Source: an uncultured Gemmatimonadales bacterium (GTDB lineage Bacteria > Gemmatimonadota > Gemmatimonadetes > Palauibacterales > Palauibacteraceae). From it: a stretch of DNA of 64,000 nucleotides. Below, piece by piece: positions 18,594-28,563 of this stretch (the stretch's first letter is position 1; the number at the start of each line of letters is the position of its first letter). The DNA is taken from contig CAWANJ010000001.1 of the NCBI GenBank assembly GCA_963783385.1, positions 128,001 through 192,000 of the forward strand, in the 5' to 3' direction. Below the pieces are notes generated by a model. The model made no database searches and had not been told where the DNA came from. It saw nothing but the letters and a program-made list of their open reading frames with translations. The translations under genes were made by a program, and so were the position numbers.

Positions 18594-19835
18594 TCAGCGC
18601 ACCAGCGCCAGCCACGCCACGCCCCACCCCAGGGTGAGCAGCGTGACGGGGATCCCCGCCCGGGCGTACTCCCAGTAGCCGAGCTGCACACCGCGCGCCT
18701 CGGCTCGCTCGGCCACGATGAGGTTGGCGACGGAGCCGATGAGGAGGAAATTGCCCGCGAAGGTCGAGCTCATGGCCACGACCTCCCACACGAACCGCGG
18801 GTCGGGGAGCTGGGGAACCACGGTTCGCCACACGAGGACCGCGGGCACGTTGCTGACGAGGTTGGAGAGCACCAGCATCGCGCCGCTCACCACGCCGGCC
18901 TCGCGCAGCCCTCCTCCCGCGCCCAGGACCCCGCGGGCCCCGCGCGTCACCACCTCGAGGATGCCGGTCGCCTCGAGCCCGCCGGTCACCACGAACAGGC
19001 CGGCGAAGAAGACGAGGAGGGACCATTCCACCCGGGCCAGCGTCGGGCCCGGCGACTCTCCGGCGACGACCAGGGAGAGCGCACCAGCGGCCAGGGCCAC
19101 GAGCGGCAGGGACAGGCCCGCCACCCAGGCCACGACCGCCGCCCCGAAGAGTCCCAGGCACCACCCGGCGCGGCGCGGATCGGAAAGGCCCGGCTCCTCG
19201 TCCGCGGCACCCTCCCCGTCCGCGGGCGCCGCCGCGCCCAGTCGGTCCCTGTGCAGCCACCACAGGACGGCGGCCGTGAGGACCAGGCCCCCGAGCACGA
19301 CCGGCGCCATGCGGAGCGCGAACGCGCCGTAACCGATGCCGCTCGCGATCCCGATCAGCATGTTCTGGGGATTCCCGGTGAAGGTCAGGGCGGAGCCCAC
19401 GTTGGAGCCCATGGCGAGACCCAGGAGATAGGGGACCGGCGGCTGCTCCAGGCGCCGCGCCGCCGTGAGCACCACGGGCGTGAACACGAGGCAGACGGTG
19501 TCGTTCACGAACAGGGAGGAGAAGATCCCCGACACGAACACCACCGCCACGAGGAGGCGGCCCGGCGTGCCCGCCCCGGCGGCCGCCCGCCGTGCCGCCC
19601 ACTCGAAGAACCCGGCCCGCTCGAGCTGCGCCACCAGCAGCATGAGACCGAAGAGGAACACCAGGACGTCCAGGTCCACGGCCCGGTAGGCCCCTTCGAG
19701 TCCGAGGCCGCCGACCACGACCATGGCCACGGCGCCGAGCAGGGCGGCGGCCGGTCGGCTCACTCGGATCGAGTGCAGGCGCTGCGTCGCGATCAGGACG
19801 TAGGTCACTGCGAACACGATGATGGCGGGTGCCAG
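18594..19835 (-). CDS. ArsB/NhaD/SLC13-type anion permease
   Basis: Many TM segments; 'FVNDT', 'SNVGSALTFTGNPQN', 'LVSNVPA', 'STFAGN...GSVANLIV'. Start placed at CTG 19835 (GGAGG RBS); the first canonical start is GTG 19817. Confidence 0.88.
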   Translation of the reverse strand: MAPAIIVFAVTYVLIATQRLHSIRVSRPAAALLGAVAMVVVGGLGLEGAYRAVDLDVLVFLFGLMLLVAQLERAGFFEWAARRAAAGAGTPGRLLVAVVFVSGIFSSLFVNDTVCLVFTPVVLTAARRLEQPPVPYLLGLAMGSNVGSALTFTGNPQNMLIGIASGIGYGAFALRMAPVVLGGLVLTAAVLWWLHRDRLGAAAPADGEGAADEEPGLSDPRRAGWCLGLFGAAVVAWVAGLSLPLVALAAGALSLVVAGESPGPTLARVEWSLLVFFAGLFVVTGGLEATGILEVVTRGARGVLGAGGGLREAGVVSGAMLVLSNLVSNVPAVLVWRTVVPQLPDPRFVWEVVAMSSTFAGNFLLIGSVANLIVAERAEARGVQLGYWEYARAGIPVTLLTLGWGVAWLALVR

Positions 19836-19992
19836 GGCGACCTCCGGGCCGTTCGGGACGTGCTGCCGGCCCGCGCAGAGGAGCCGCCGCGTAGGGGCGC
19901 CACCCCTCCTCGCGACGGGGCCGCGAGACCGCTACGGTACCGGCCCGACGCATCCCACGGCAATCGAGGTCCGTACGAGGAGGCGACCGCGC

Positions 19993-20463
19993 ATGGCCCG
20001 ACGACACTGGCTCGTGAAGACCGATCCGGACACCTACGCCATCGACGACCTGGCGCGCGACGGCACCACGGAGTGGTGGGGTGTGCGCAACTACCTGGCC
20101 CGAAATTACATGCGAGACGAAATGAGCCCGGGGGACTCCGTGCTCCTCTACCACTCGAGCACGCCGGTGCTGGGCGTGTACGGCGTCGCCAGGGTGGCCG
20201 GCCCCGCCCATCCGGACTCGAAGCAGTTCGAGGAGGACCACCCGTACGCGGACCCCGATTCGGACCCCGAGGACCCGACCTGGTGGTGCGTGGACCTGGA
20301 GCACGTCGAGACGTTCGACCCGCCCGTCACCCGCGATGCCATGAAGGAGGAGCCTGCCCTCTCCGACATGAAGGTCCTGCAGCGCGGCGTGCGGCACTCG
20401 ATCCTGCCCGTGACCCCGGCGGCGTTCGAAGCGGTGCTGCGCATGGCCCGGCGCGCGGAGTGA
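19993..20463 (+). CDS. EVE-domain (PUA-like) protein
   Basis: 'WLVKTDP', 'WWGVRNYLARNYMRDEM..GD.VLLYHS', 'DPTWWCVD'. Confidence 0.9.
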   Translation: MARRHWLVKTDPDTYAIDDLARDGTTEWWGVRNYLARNYMRDEMSPGDSVLLYHSSTPVLGVYGVARVAGPAHPDSKQFEEDHPYADPDSDPEDPTWWCVDLEHVETFDPPVTRDAMKEEPALSDMKVLQRGVRHSILPVTPAAFEAVLRMARRAE

Positions 20464-20486
20464 GGCTCCGGGCCGATCCGCCGGGG

Positions 20487-20515
20487 TTTACACTCCTGCG
20501 GCTCCCACCTATGGT
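20487..20515 (+). promoter_or_regulatory. Sigma70-like promoter for the lemA operon
   Basis: TTTACA, 17-bp spacer, TATGGT. Confidence 0.6.
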
Positions 20516-20572
20516 GTGGACGCCGAAGATGGAAGACCGATCCGGTCGTCTCCCTCCGCCCAGGAGGACGTC

Positions 20573-21115
20573 ATGTGGCTCCTGATCCTGATCGCCGTCA
20601 TCGTCGTGGGCGGCATCGTGATGTACAACGGTCTGGTACGGCTGCGCGTGCAGGCCGACAACGCGTGGGCCGACATCGACGTGCAGCTCAAGCGGCGGCA
20701 CGACCTCATCCCCAACCTCGTGGAGACGGTCAAGGGCTATGCGGGTCACGAGAAGGAGACGCTCGAGGGCGTGATCGAGGCGCGGAACAAGGCGATGGGC
20801 GCCCAGGGCCCCGCCGCGAAGGGGCAGGCCGAGGGCCAGCTCACCAACGCCCTCAAGTCGTTGTTCGCCCTCTCGGAGTCGTATCCACAGCTGCGGGCAG
20901 TGGAGAGCTTCACGCAGCTCCAGAACACCCTGAACCAGATCGAGGACGCGGTCCAGAACGCGCGCCGGTACTACAACGCGGTCGTGCGGGACTTCAACAC
21001 CAAGATCTCCCAGTTCCCCTCGAACCTCGTGGCCAACGTGTTCGGCTTCCATGCCAAGGAGTTCTTCTCGCTCGGGGACGAGTCCGAGCGCGAGGTCCCC
21101 AAGGTCGACTTCTGA
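20573..21115 (+). CDS. lemA: LemA-family protein
   Basis: N-terminal TM; 'YNGLV...AWADIDVQLKRRHDLIPNLVETVKGYA.HE', 'ARRYYN...FPSNLVA'. Confidence 0.95.
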   Translation: MWLLILIAVIVVGGIVMYNGLVRLRVQADNAWADIDVQLKRRHDLIPNLVETVKGYAGHEKETLEGVIEARNKAMGAQGPAAKGQAEGQLTNALKSLFALSESYPQLRAVESFTQLQNTLNQIEDAVQNARRYYNAVVRDFNTKISQFPSNLVANVFGFHAKEFFSLGDESEREVPKVDF

Positions 21116-21122
21116 GGCCATA

Positions 21123-23006
21123 GTGGACGCGACGCCCGGGACCGCTGGCGAGCGGCCCGTCCGCCGTGCGAGCGAGCGGCCCCGGAGCCGCCTCCTCCCG
21201 CGGTGGACGGCACTGGGAGCCGTCGCGGCCTGCCTGGCCGCCACCCCGGCCGCATTGGCGGCCGGCGCCGTCTCCCCGGGCCCGGTGGCGCGGACCGCCT
21301 CCCGGGCTCCCGCCGCGCCGTCCGTGGCGGCGGAAGCCGCGGCCCGGTCCTGGCACATCCGGGACTTCCACTCGGAGATCCGGGTGTTCCGCACGGGCCG
21401 AATGGAAGTCGACGAGACGCTCCGCATCCAGTTCGAAGGCTCCTTCCATGGCATCTACCGGGACTTTCCGGTCCGCTACAACGGTCCGGGAGGCTTCGAC
21501 TACCGGTTGTTCACGAGCGTGGCGGGGGTCGAGGACGGCCAGGGCCACGACCTCAAGTACGAGACGTCGAAGCACGGTGGGGACCTTCGCATCAAGATCT
21601 ACATTCCCGGAGCGGAGGACGCGACGCGCACGGTGACGATCCACTATCGGATCGAGAACGGATTGCGCTTCTTCGACGACTACGACGAGCTGTACTGGAA
21701 CGTGACCGGCGCTCAATGGCCCGTCCCGATCAATGCCGCATCCACCACGATCCACCTTCCGGTCGAGGTGACGGGCGTACGTGCCAAGGCGTACACGGGG
21801 GCCTTCGGCTCGAAGGCGCAGAATGCCGACGTGCAGGTGTCGGGCTCCATCGTCCGCATCACCTCCACGCGCCCGCTGGACATGCACGAGGGGCTGACAG
21901 CGGACGTCGCCTGGGAGGCCGGTGTCATCCACAGGCCCACCTTCCTCACGAAGGTCGGCTGGTTCCTGAGAAGCAACTGGCCCCTGGGTCTGCCGTTCCT
22001 GGTGTTCCCGGCCATGTTCGGCATCTGGTGGAAGCGGGGCCGCGACCCGCGGCTGCGCCCGATCGCGGCCCGGTACGAGCCGCCCGATGGCCTGACGCCG
22101 GGCGAGGAAGGGGTCCTGGTCGACGACTCGCCGGATATGCGGGACATCACCGCCACCCTCGTCGACCTGGCCGTTCGCGGCTTCGTCACCATCGAGGAGC
22201 ACGACAAGAAGAAGTACCTCGGCCTCATCGGGACCGAGAGGGACTACGCCTTCGACCTGGCGCGCCCCAAGGAGGCGTGGCAGGGGCTCGCGGCCCACGA
22301 GGAAGCCCTGCTGAACGGCATCTTCGACGACGGCACGACGGAGCACGTCGATCTGAAGGACCTCGAGGACAGCTTCTACCGGAAGCTCTCCGGCATCAAG
22401 GATGACCTGTTCGATGCGCTCATGAACCGGGGCTACTACGGCCGCCGGCCGGACCGGGTGCGGGGGATGTGGCTGGGCGTGGCCTTCGTGGGTACGGTCC
22501 TCTGCCTCATCGGCGGCCTCAAGCTGGCCAACCACTTCGCCTTCTCCGCCCTCGCCGTGGGCATCGGCGTGGCCCTGTCGGGGCTCACCGTTGCGGTCAT
22601 CGGCTGGTTCATGCCGGCCAAGACGGCGGCCGGGACGCGGGCGCTGGAGGCCGTGCTCGGGTTCGAGGAGTTCCTGAAGCGCGTCGAGGAGCCTCGCTTC
22701 CAGAAGCTCATCAAGGGTCCGAAGGACTTCGAGCGCTTCCTGCCGCACGCCATGGCGCTCGGGGTCGAGAAGTCGTGGGCCAAGGCCTTCGAGGGCATCT
22801 ACAAAGAGCCCCCCTCCTGGTACAGGGGCACGAGCCCGACCGGCTTCAACACCGGGCTGTTCGTGGCCAGCCTCGGCAACATGTCCGCGCGCACGAGCTC
22901 CGTGATGACCTCACAGCCCCGCAGCAGCTCGGGGAGCTCGGGCTTCGGCGGAGGCGGCGGCTTCTCGGGCGGGGGCTTCGGCGGAGGCGGAGGCGGAGCG
23001 TTCTGA
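21123..23006 (+). CDS. DUF2207-family membrane protein
   Basis: 'FHGIYR', 'YDELYWNVTG', 'ATLVDLAVRG', 'LPHAMALGV', Gly-rich tail 'GGGFSGGGFGGGGGGAF'; next to lemA. Confidence 0.88.
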   Translation: MDATPGTAGERPVRRASERPRSRLLPRWTALGAVAACLAATPAALAAGAVSPGPVARTASRAPAAPSVAAEAAARSWHIRDFHSEIRVFRTGRMEVDETLRIQFEGSFHGIYRDFPVRYNGPGGFDYRLFTSVAGVEDGQGHDLKYETSKHGGDLRIKIYIPGAEDATRTVTIHYRIENGLRFFDDYDELYWNVTGAQWPVPINAASTTIHLPVEVTGVRAKAYTGAFGSKAQNADVQVSGSIVRITSTRPLDMHEGLTADVAWEAGVIHRPTFLTKVGWFLRSNWPLGLPFLVFPAMFGIWWKRGRDPRLRPIAARYEPPDGLTPGEEGVLVDDSPDMRDITATLVDLAVRGFVTIEEHDKKKYLGLIGTERDYAFDLARPKEAWQGLAAHEEALLNGIFDDGTTEHVDLKDLEDSFYRKLSGIKDDLFDALMNRGYYGRRPDRVRGMWLGVAFVGTVLCLIGGLKLANHFAFSALAVGIGVALSGLTVAVIGWFMPAKTAAGTRALEAVLGFEEFLKRVEEPRFQKLIKGPKDFERFLPHAMALGVEKSWAKAFEGIYKEPPSWYRGTSPTGFNTGLFVASLGNMSARTSSVMTSQPRSSSGSSGFGGGGGFSGGGFGGGGGGAF

Positions 23007-23036
23007 TCGAACCGTGAGCACCCGCAGGAGACACGC

Positions 23037-23516
23037 ATGACCGTGGAAATAGGCGACCGCGCGCCCGGATTCGCGCTTCCCTCCGCGCCGGGGCACGAAG
23101 TCGATGTCGGAAGGCTGTTCGGGAGCGAGACGGTCGTGCTCCTCTTCTTTCCTCTCGCGTTCAGCTCCACCTGCACGACCGAGCTGTGCACCTTCAGGGA
23201 CCGGTGGGACGAGTTCTCGGAGCTGGACGCGCGCGTGTTCGCGATTTCGGTGGACAGCCCGTTCGTGACGGACCTGTTCCGGCGCGAGGAGAACATCCCC
23301 TTCCCCGTCCTGTCGGACTTCAACCGCGATGTCGCCGAGCGCTACGGCGTGCTGTACGACGAGCTCCTCGGGCTCGAGGGGGTCGGCAAGCGCTCGGTGT
23401 TCGTGATCGGGCCGGATGGCCGCGTCGAGTATCGCTGGGTCTCCGAGGACCCCGGCGTCGAGCCCGACTACGACGCGGTGCGCGAAGCGGTGCGCGCCGC
23501 GGTGCGCACCGCCTGA
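23037..23516 (+). CDS. Peroxiredoxin (AhpC/TSA family)
   Basis: 'FFPLAFSSTCTTELC', 'ISVDS', 'LSDFN', 'RSVFVI'. Confidence 0.9.
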   Translation: MTVEIGDRAPGFALPSAPGHEVDVGRLFGSETVVLLFFPLAFSSTCTTELCTFRDRWDEFSELDARVFAISVDSPFVTDLFRREENIPFPVLSDFNRDVAERYGVLYDELLGLEGVGKRSVFVIGPDGRVEYRWVSEDPGVEPDYDAVREAVRAAVRTA

Positions 23517-23597
23517 GCCGGGCGCGGCCGAGCCCGACCGACCCCTTGCCCGCCCCCGGACACCCGCTGTCGTTCCGTCGCCCTCCGGAGAGGATCC

Positions 23598-25193
23598 GTG
23601 GAGCTCGATCAGATCGTCCAGGCCCTCCAGGACCCCGCCGCCTTCCCGCATCCGGCCGGTGACCTGGAGCTACACCACACCCACATCTCGGTCGTGGTCC
23701 TGGCGGGAGACTTCGCCTACAAGGTGAAGAAGCCGGTGGACCTGGGCTTCCTGGATTTCACGACGCTGGAGAGGCGCCGCTACTTCTGCTCGGAAGAAGT
23801 GCGGCTCAACCAGCGACTGGCGCCCGATGTCTACCTGGACGTGGTGCCCCTCACGCTCCGGGATGGCGGCCTGCGCGTGGGCGGTGAGGGCGACCCGGTC
23901 GAATACGCGGTCAGGATGCGCCGGCTGGCGCCCGACGCCACGGCCCTGGCCCGACTGGAACGGGGCGACCTCGCCCCGGGCGAGGTCGAGTACCTGGCGG
24001 TCCGCATCGCCCGCTTCCACGGCGAGGCGCCCGGCAGCGAGGGGATCGCGCACTTCGGACGCTTCGAGGTGGTGGCGGGCAACGCCCGCGAGAACTTCGG
24101 TCAGTCCAGGAGCCACGTGGCCCACACCGTCGAGGCCGGGGTGTTCGAGCGGGCCCGTGCCCTGACCGAGGCCGAGCTGGAACGACGACGGGAGCTCATC
24201 GAGGACCGCGCCGGGCGTGGGGTCCCTCGGGACACCCACGGGGACCTCCACCTGGACCACGTCTACTTCCTGCCGGACCGGCCGCCACCCGGCGACGTCG
24301 CCATCGTCGACTGCATCGAGTTCAACGAGCGCTTCCGGTTCGCCGACCCGGTCTCCGACATGGCCTTCCTGGCCATGGATCTGGCCTTCCGCGACCGCCG
24401 CGACCTGGCGGCGCGGTTCACGGATGCCTACCTGGCGGCCGCCGCCGATCCCGAGGGCCGGGCCCTCGTGCCGCTGTACCGCTCCTACCGCTCCGCGGTC
24501 CGGGCCAAGGTGGAGGGCATCGCCTCGCTGGACGAGGAGGTGCCCGAGGCCGCCCGCAGGCGAGCCGCGGAGCGGGCGCGTGCCTACTGGCTCCTCACGC
24601 TCGGCCAGCTCGAGACCCCGGCGAGGCGACCCGGCCTCGTGCTGGTGGCCGGTCTGCCCGCCACGGGCAAGTCCACGCTGGCGGCCGGACTGGCCGGGCG
24701 CGCCAGCTTCGAGGTCCTGGCCAGCGACCGGGTCCGGAAGGAGCTGGCCGGCCTCCCGCCCGATCGTGGTGCCGCCGCGGCCCCCGACGAGGGCCTGTAC
24801 GCGCCCGAGTGGACCGAGCGCACTTACGCGGCGCTCCTGGACCGGGCCTCCGCCACCCTCCGACGTGGGGGCCGCGCCCTGGTGGACGCCTCCTTCCACC
24901 GCGAGGAGCGGCGCCGCCAGTTCGTGGCGCTGGCCCGCTCGCTGGCGGTTCCGGTGCGCATGCTCGTGTGCCGGACCGACCCCGGGAGCGTCCGGAGGAG
25001 GCTGGAGAGTCGAGCCGGGGGACCCTCGGACGCGGACTGGGGCGTCTACAGGACCATGGCCGCCCGCTGGGAGGAGCCCGGCCCCGACACGGCCCGGCAC
25101 GTGGGCAGCATCGACACGACGGTGGAGCCCGGGGACAGTCTCCGTGCGGCCCTGGCCGAGCTCGCGGCGGTCGGCCTCGTCCCCGGGGCATGA
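23598..25193 (+). CDS. APH-like phosphotransferase plus AAA_33 P-loop kinase fusion (Rv2004c-like)
   Basis: 'THIS.V...YKVKKPV.LGFLDF', 'HGDLHLDHV', 'DCIEFN.RFR'; Walker A 'GLPATGKST'. Confidence 0.9.
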   Translation: MELDQIVQALQDPAAFPHPAGDLELHHTHISVVVLAGDFAYKVKKPVDLGFLDFTTLERRRYFCSEEVRLNQRLAPDVYLDVVPLTLRDGGLRVGGEGDPVEYAVRMRRLAPDATALARLERGDLAPGEVEYLAVRIARFHGEAPGSEGIAHFGRFEVVAGNARENFGQSRSHVAHTVEAGVFERARALTEAELERRRELIEDRAGRGVPRDTHGDLHLDHVYFLPDRPPPGDVAIVDCIEFNERFRFADPVSDMAFLAMDLAFRDRRDLAARFTDAYLAAAADPEGRALVPLYRSYRSAVRAKVEGIASLDEEVPEAARRRAAERARAYWLLTLGQLETPARRPGLVLVAGLPATGKSTLAAGLAGRASFEVLASDRVRKELAGLPPDRGAAAAPDEGLYAPEWTERTYAALLDRASATLRRGGRALVDASFHREERRRQFVALARSLAVPVRMLVCRTDPGSVRRRLESRAGGPSDADWGVYRTMAARWEEPGPDTARHVGSIDTTVEPGDSLRAALAELAAVGLVPGA

Positions 25194-25301
25194 CCGGTTC
25201 GAACCCTTGCCAATCAAACCCCTTCTGCCCACTCTTCGGGGTTAGCCGGCCGCGCGCGGCGCGGCCGGGGAGTGCAGCCATGCACCCCGGAGCGCAAGCT
25301 C

Positions 25302-26858
25302 ATGGACGGCCTCGCCTCCCTCTCCGAACTGTACGAGGCGACCCGCGAAATCGGACTGAGCGACGACCTCGACGGTCTCATCGACAGCATTCTCGAGCGC
25401 GCGCAGGAGCTGGTCGGCTTCGAGCACTGCGCCCTGATGCTTCGCGATCCCGAGACCGACGAGCTCGCCGTGGTGCGCGCTCGCGGCTACGGCTCGCGCC
25501 GGGAGGAGGTCCTGGGTCTCAGACTGCGGTCGGGCGATGGCATCTCCGGCCGCTGTGCCAGGGACCGTCAGGCCATCCGGGTCGGCGACGTGCGGGAGGA
25601 TCCCACCTACGTGGTCGGGCTCGACAGCGCACGCTCCAACCTCGCCGTCCCGCTCGTCCTCGGGAAGGACGTGGTGGGCGTGCTCAACGTGGAGTCGGAT
25701 CGACTCGACGCCTTCACGAGGACGCACGAGGAGCTCCTCACGGTGCTCGGCGCGCAGGCCGCCCTGGCCATCTCGGCCGCGCGGGATCGCGACCGGCTCC
25801 GCGACCGCATTCGCCAGCTGGACGCCCTCTACCGGATCAGCCGGGTCTCCAACCAGCAGAGTGACCTTGACGAGACCCTGCGTGCCATCCTCGAGATCGC
25901 GTGTGAGCTGTCCCCCGACAGCGACTGCCACATGGCCTTCCTGCTCGTCGACCCCGAGACCGGGCACCTCCGGGTGCGGGCCGCGCGCGGCTACGGTCCG
26001 GGGCTCGAGGACCTCCGCATCCCCCTGGGTCAAGGCGTGACGGGACGGTGCGCCGCCACGGGTCGGGCGCTCATCGTCGGGGACGTCAGCCGGGAGACCT
26101 CGTACATCACCGGGGTGCCGGGGGGGAGGAGCGAGATCGCCGTACCGCTGGTCGTCGACGGCGAGGTGACGGGGGTGCTCGACGCCGAGTCCCGGCAGCC
26201 ACAGGCGTTCGGGCCGGAAAGCGAACGCACGCTGACCGTGATCGCCCAGCAGGCCGCGGCCGTGATCCAGACCGTGCAGCTCCACGAGGAAGCCCGCCGC
26301 CTGGCCGTGACCGATCCGCTCACCGGCCTCCACAATCGCCGCTTCTTCCTGGATCGTCTCATCGAGCACCTGCAGCGCGCCGAGCGCTACGGCGAGAAGC
26401 TGGCGCTCCTCCTGCTCGACTTCGATTACCTGAAGGAAGTCAACGACTTCCATGGACATCAGGTGGGGGACCGTGCCCTGCGCGCCGTGGGGAGGCTCCT
26501 GGAGTCCTGCCTCCGGGAGAGCGACGAGGTGGCCCGCATCGGCGGCGACGAATTCGCGGCGGTGCTGCTGCAGGCGGACGGAGCACTGATCGAGACGGTC
26601 CACGACCGCATGCGCGCCGCCATCGACGGGCTCGAGCTCCAGGACGACGACGGTCAGCCACTCCAGATCTCGCTGTCGGCCGGCGTCGCTTTCTTCCCGG
26701 ACGATGCCGACGGCCCCGATCTGCTCCTGCAGCGCGCCGACGAAGCGCTGTACCGTGCCAAGCGACGCGGCCGGAACCAGATCGCCGTATACGATCCTAC
26801 CCGAGTGCTCCCCCCGGCGGGAGATGCCGGCCGGGCCGCCCGGCTGCGAGCGGAGTGA
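25302..26858 (+). CDS. GAF-GAF diguanylate cyclase
   Basis: Two GAF repeats ('SNLAVPL...VGVLNVES', 'SEIAVPL...GVLDAES'); 'DPLTGLHNRR'; RESD I-site; intact GGDEF. Confidence 0.93.
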   Translation: MDGLASLSELYEATREIGLSDDLDGLIDSILERAQELVGFEHCALMLRDPETDELAVVRARGYGSRREEVLGLRLRSGDGISGRCARDRQAIRVGDVREDPTYVVGLDSARSNLAVPLVLGKDVVGVLNVESDRLDAFTRTHEELLTVLGAQAALAISAARDRDRLRDRIRQLDALYRISRVSNQQSDLDETLRAILEIACELSPDSDCHMAFLLVDPETGHLRVRAARGYGPGLEDLRIPLGQGVTGRCAATGRALIVGDVSRETSYITGVPGGRSEIAVPLVVDGEVTGVLDAESRQPQAFGPESERTLTVIAQQAAAVIQTVQLHEEARRLAVTDPLTGLHNRRFFLDRLIEHLQRAERYGEKLALLLLDFDYLKEVNDFHGHQVGDRALRAVGRLLESCLRESDEVARIGGDEFAAVLLQADGALIETVHDRMRAAIDGLELQDDDGQPLQISLSAGVAFFPDDADGPDLLLQRADEALYRAKRRGRNQIAVYDPTRVLPPAGDAGRAARLRAE

Positions 26859-26952
26859 CGCCCGCACGTCCTCGACCGGACCGGAACTTGCTAGAACGAG
26901 GCCGAGGCGAGGCGCATCGACCATCGCGGGCCGCATCGATCCGGGAGGACCC

Positions 26953-27282
26953 ATGGCGACACAGCTGGCACAGAAGGAATGCGTGCCCTGCAAGGGGGGC
27001 GTGCCTCCCCTCGAGGGCCAGGAGCTCGCCGAGCTGCTCGAGGAGCTCGGCGGTGGCTGGGACGTCATCGAAGGGCATCACCTCGAGAAGGAGTTCGAGT
27101 TCGAGGACTTCGCCGGAGCCCTCGATCTGGTCAACCGCATCGGTGCCCTGGCGGAGGAGCAGGGGCATCACCCCGACCTCTTCCTGAGCTGGGGCCTGGT
27201 GAGGGTGCAGATCTGGACGCACAAGATCGACGGCCTCACCGAGAGCGACTTCATCCTCGCCGCCAAGATCGAAGAGCTGTAG
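26953..27282 (+). CDS. phhB: Pterin-4-alpha-carbinolamine dehydratase
   Basis: 'CVPC.GG.PPL', 'AEEQGHHPDL', 'WTHKIDGLTESDFILAAKI'. Confidence 0.93.
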   Translation: MATQLAQKECVPCKGGVPPLEGQELAELLEELGGGWDVIEGHHLEKEFEFEDFAGALDLVNRIGALAEEQGHHPDLFLSWGLVRVQIWTHKIDGLTESDFILAAKIEEL

Positions 27283-27301
27283 TCGGTCCGACGAGGGTCC
27301 G

Positions 27302-28432
27302 CTGGCACCTCTTCGCATAGCCTTCCTGGACTCCTGGCACGCCGACCCCGCGCGCGGTAGCGGCTCGGCGGTGGCCATCGGCGGCCTGGGGCGTGCGCTG
27401 GAAGCCCTGGGCCACGAGGTGGTCGTGCACGCCCCGGGGCGCCGCACGGGCCGGACCCTGTCACGGCTTCGCTTCAACCTCGCGCTGAAACGTTTCCGGG
27501 GCCACGACTTCGACCTGGTCGTCGGCTTCGACCTGGACGGTTGCTGGCTGCCCGCGCTGCGGGGGCCCACCCGGGTGACGTCGCTCAAGGGCGTCATGGC
27601 GGACGAGATGCGGTTCGAGCGCGGCCCGACCCGTCTGCAGTTCCGCCTCCTTTCCCGGCTCGAAGGGCGCAATGCTCGCGCCGCGGACGTGGTACTCGTC
27701 ACGAGCCGCTACAGCCGTGAGGTGGCCATCGCAGCGTACCGCCTCGACCCGGACAGGGTGAAGGTCGTCCCGGAGGGCATCGAGCTGGGCCTGTGGCCGG
27801 ATCCCGCCTCCGGGGGCGAGAGCTCGAAGCGGCGCGGGGAGGAGCCCGCCCGCCGCGCGATCGACAGGCGACGTCCGGTGGTCCTCAACGTGGCGCGCCA
27901 CTACCGGCGCAAGGACACCGGCACCCTCCTGCGCGCCATGGTCGGGGTGGTGGACGCCCTCCCGAACGCCGAGCTCCGCATCGTCGGGGCGGGGCCCGAG
28001 CTCCGGGCGCATCGAACGCTGGCCCGCGACCTCGGCCTCACGGATTCGGTCCGGTTCCTGGGCGAGATGGCGGACCGCGACGCCGTGCGGCGCGAGTACG
28101 CGGCCGCCGACGTGTTCGCGCTCCCGAGCCTCCAGGAGGGGTTCGGCATCGTGTTCCTCGAGGCGATGGCCTCCCGCCTGCCGGTCGTAGCGGCCCGGGC
28201 GGGCGCGGCACCCGAGGTGGTTCCCGACGGGGAAGCGGGCCTGCTGGTCCCACCGGGGGATCCCCGGGCCCTCGCCGAGGCCGTCACACGGCTCCTCGGG
28301 GATCCCGAGCTACGGGCGCGGATGGGCGCGGCAGGCCGGCGCCGCGCCGAGACCTTCGACTGGGCGCGAGTGGCGGCCCGATTCCTGGACGCGACGCGGC
28401 TCGTGCGGGAGAGCGCCGCTCCGCGCCCCTGA
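27302..28432 (+). CDS. Glycosyltransferase family 4
   Basis: 'PSLQEGFGIVFLEAMA', 'GAAPEVV', 'FDW'; N-terminal strand 'LRIAFLDSW' lies upstream of the first canonical start (27371), so start placed at CTG 27302. Confidence 0.88.
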   Translation: MAPLRIAFLDSWHADPARGSGSAVAIGGLGRALEALGHEVVVHAPGRRTGRTLSRLRFNLALKRFRGHDFDLVVGFDLDGCWLPALRGPTRVTSLKGVMADEMRFERGPTRLQFRLLSRLEGRNARAADVVLVTSRYSREVAIAAYRLDPDRVKVVPEGIELGLWPDPASGGESSKRRGEEPARRAIDRRRPVVLNVARHYRRKDTGTLLRAMVGVVDALPNAELRIVGAGPELRAHRTLARDLGLTDSVRFLGEMADRDAVRREYAAADVFALPSLQEGFGIVFLEAMASRLPVVAARAGAAPEVVPDGEAGLLVPPGDPRALAEAVTRLLGDPELRARMGAAGRRRAETFDWARVAARFLDATRLVRESAAPRP

Positions 28433-28563
28433 GCGGCAGCCCCGCGACCCGTGGGCTTGTGAGCGGGGTCCGTGGTTCCGAGTTTTCGTGCACGGCGGAC
28501 ACGTTTCGTGAAGGGCACTCTCTCGATCCGCCGATCCAGCCCCCGCACGCGAAAGATACGCCG

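Noticed and set aside
19993-20463. EVE protein as part of a modification-dependent restriction or defence system
   Set aside because: Stand-alone EVE domain with no nuclease fusion or neighbouring defence genes.
25191-25240. GGTTCGAACCC resembling a tRNA T-arm or att site
   Set aside because: No acceptor stem, D-arm or anticodon arm, no CCA end, and no integrase nearby.
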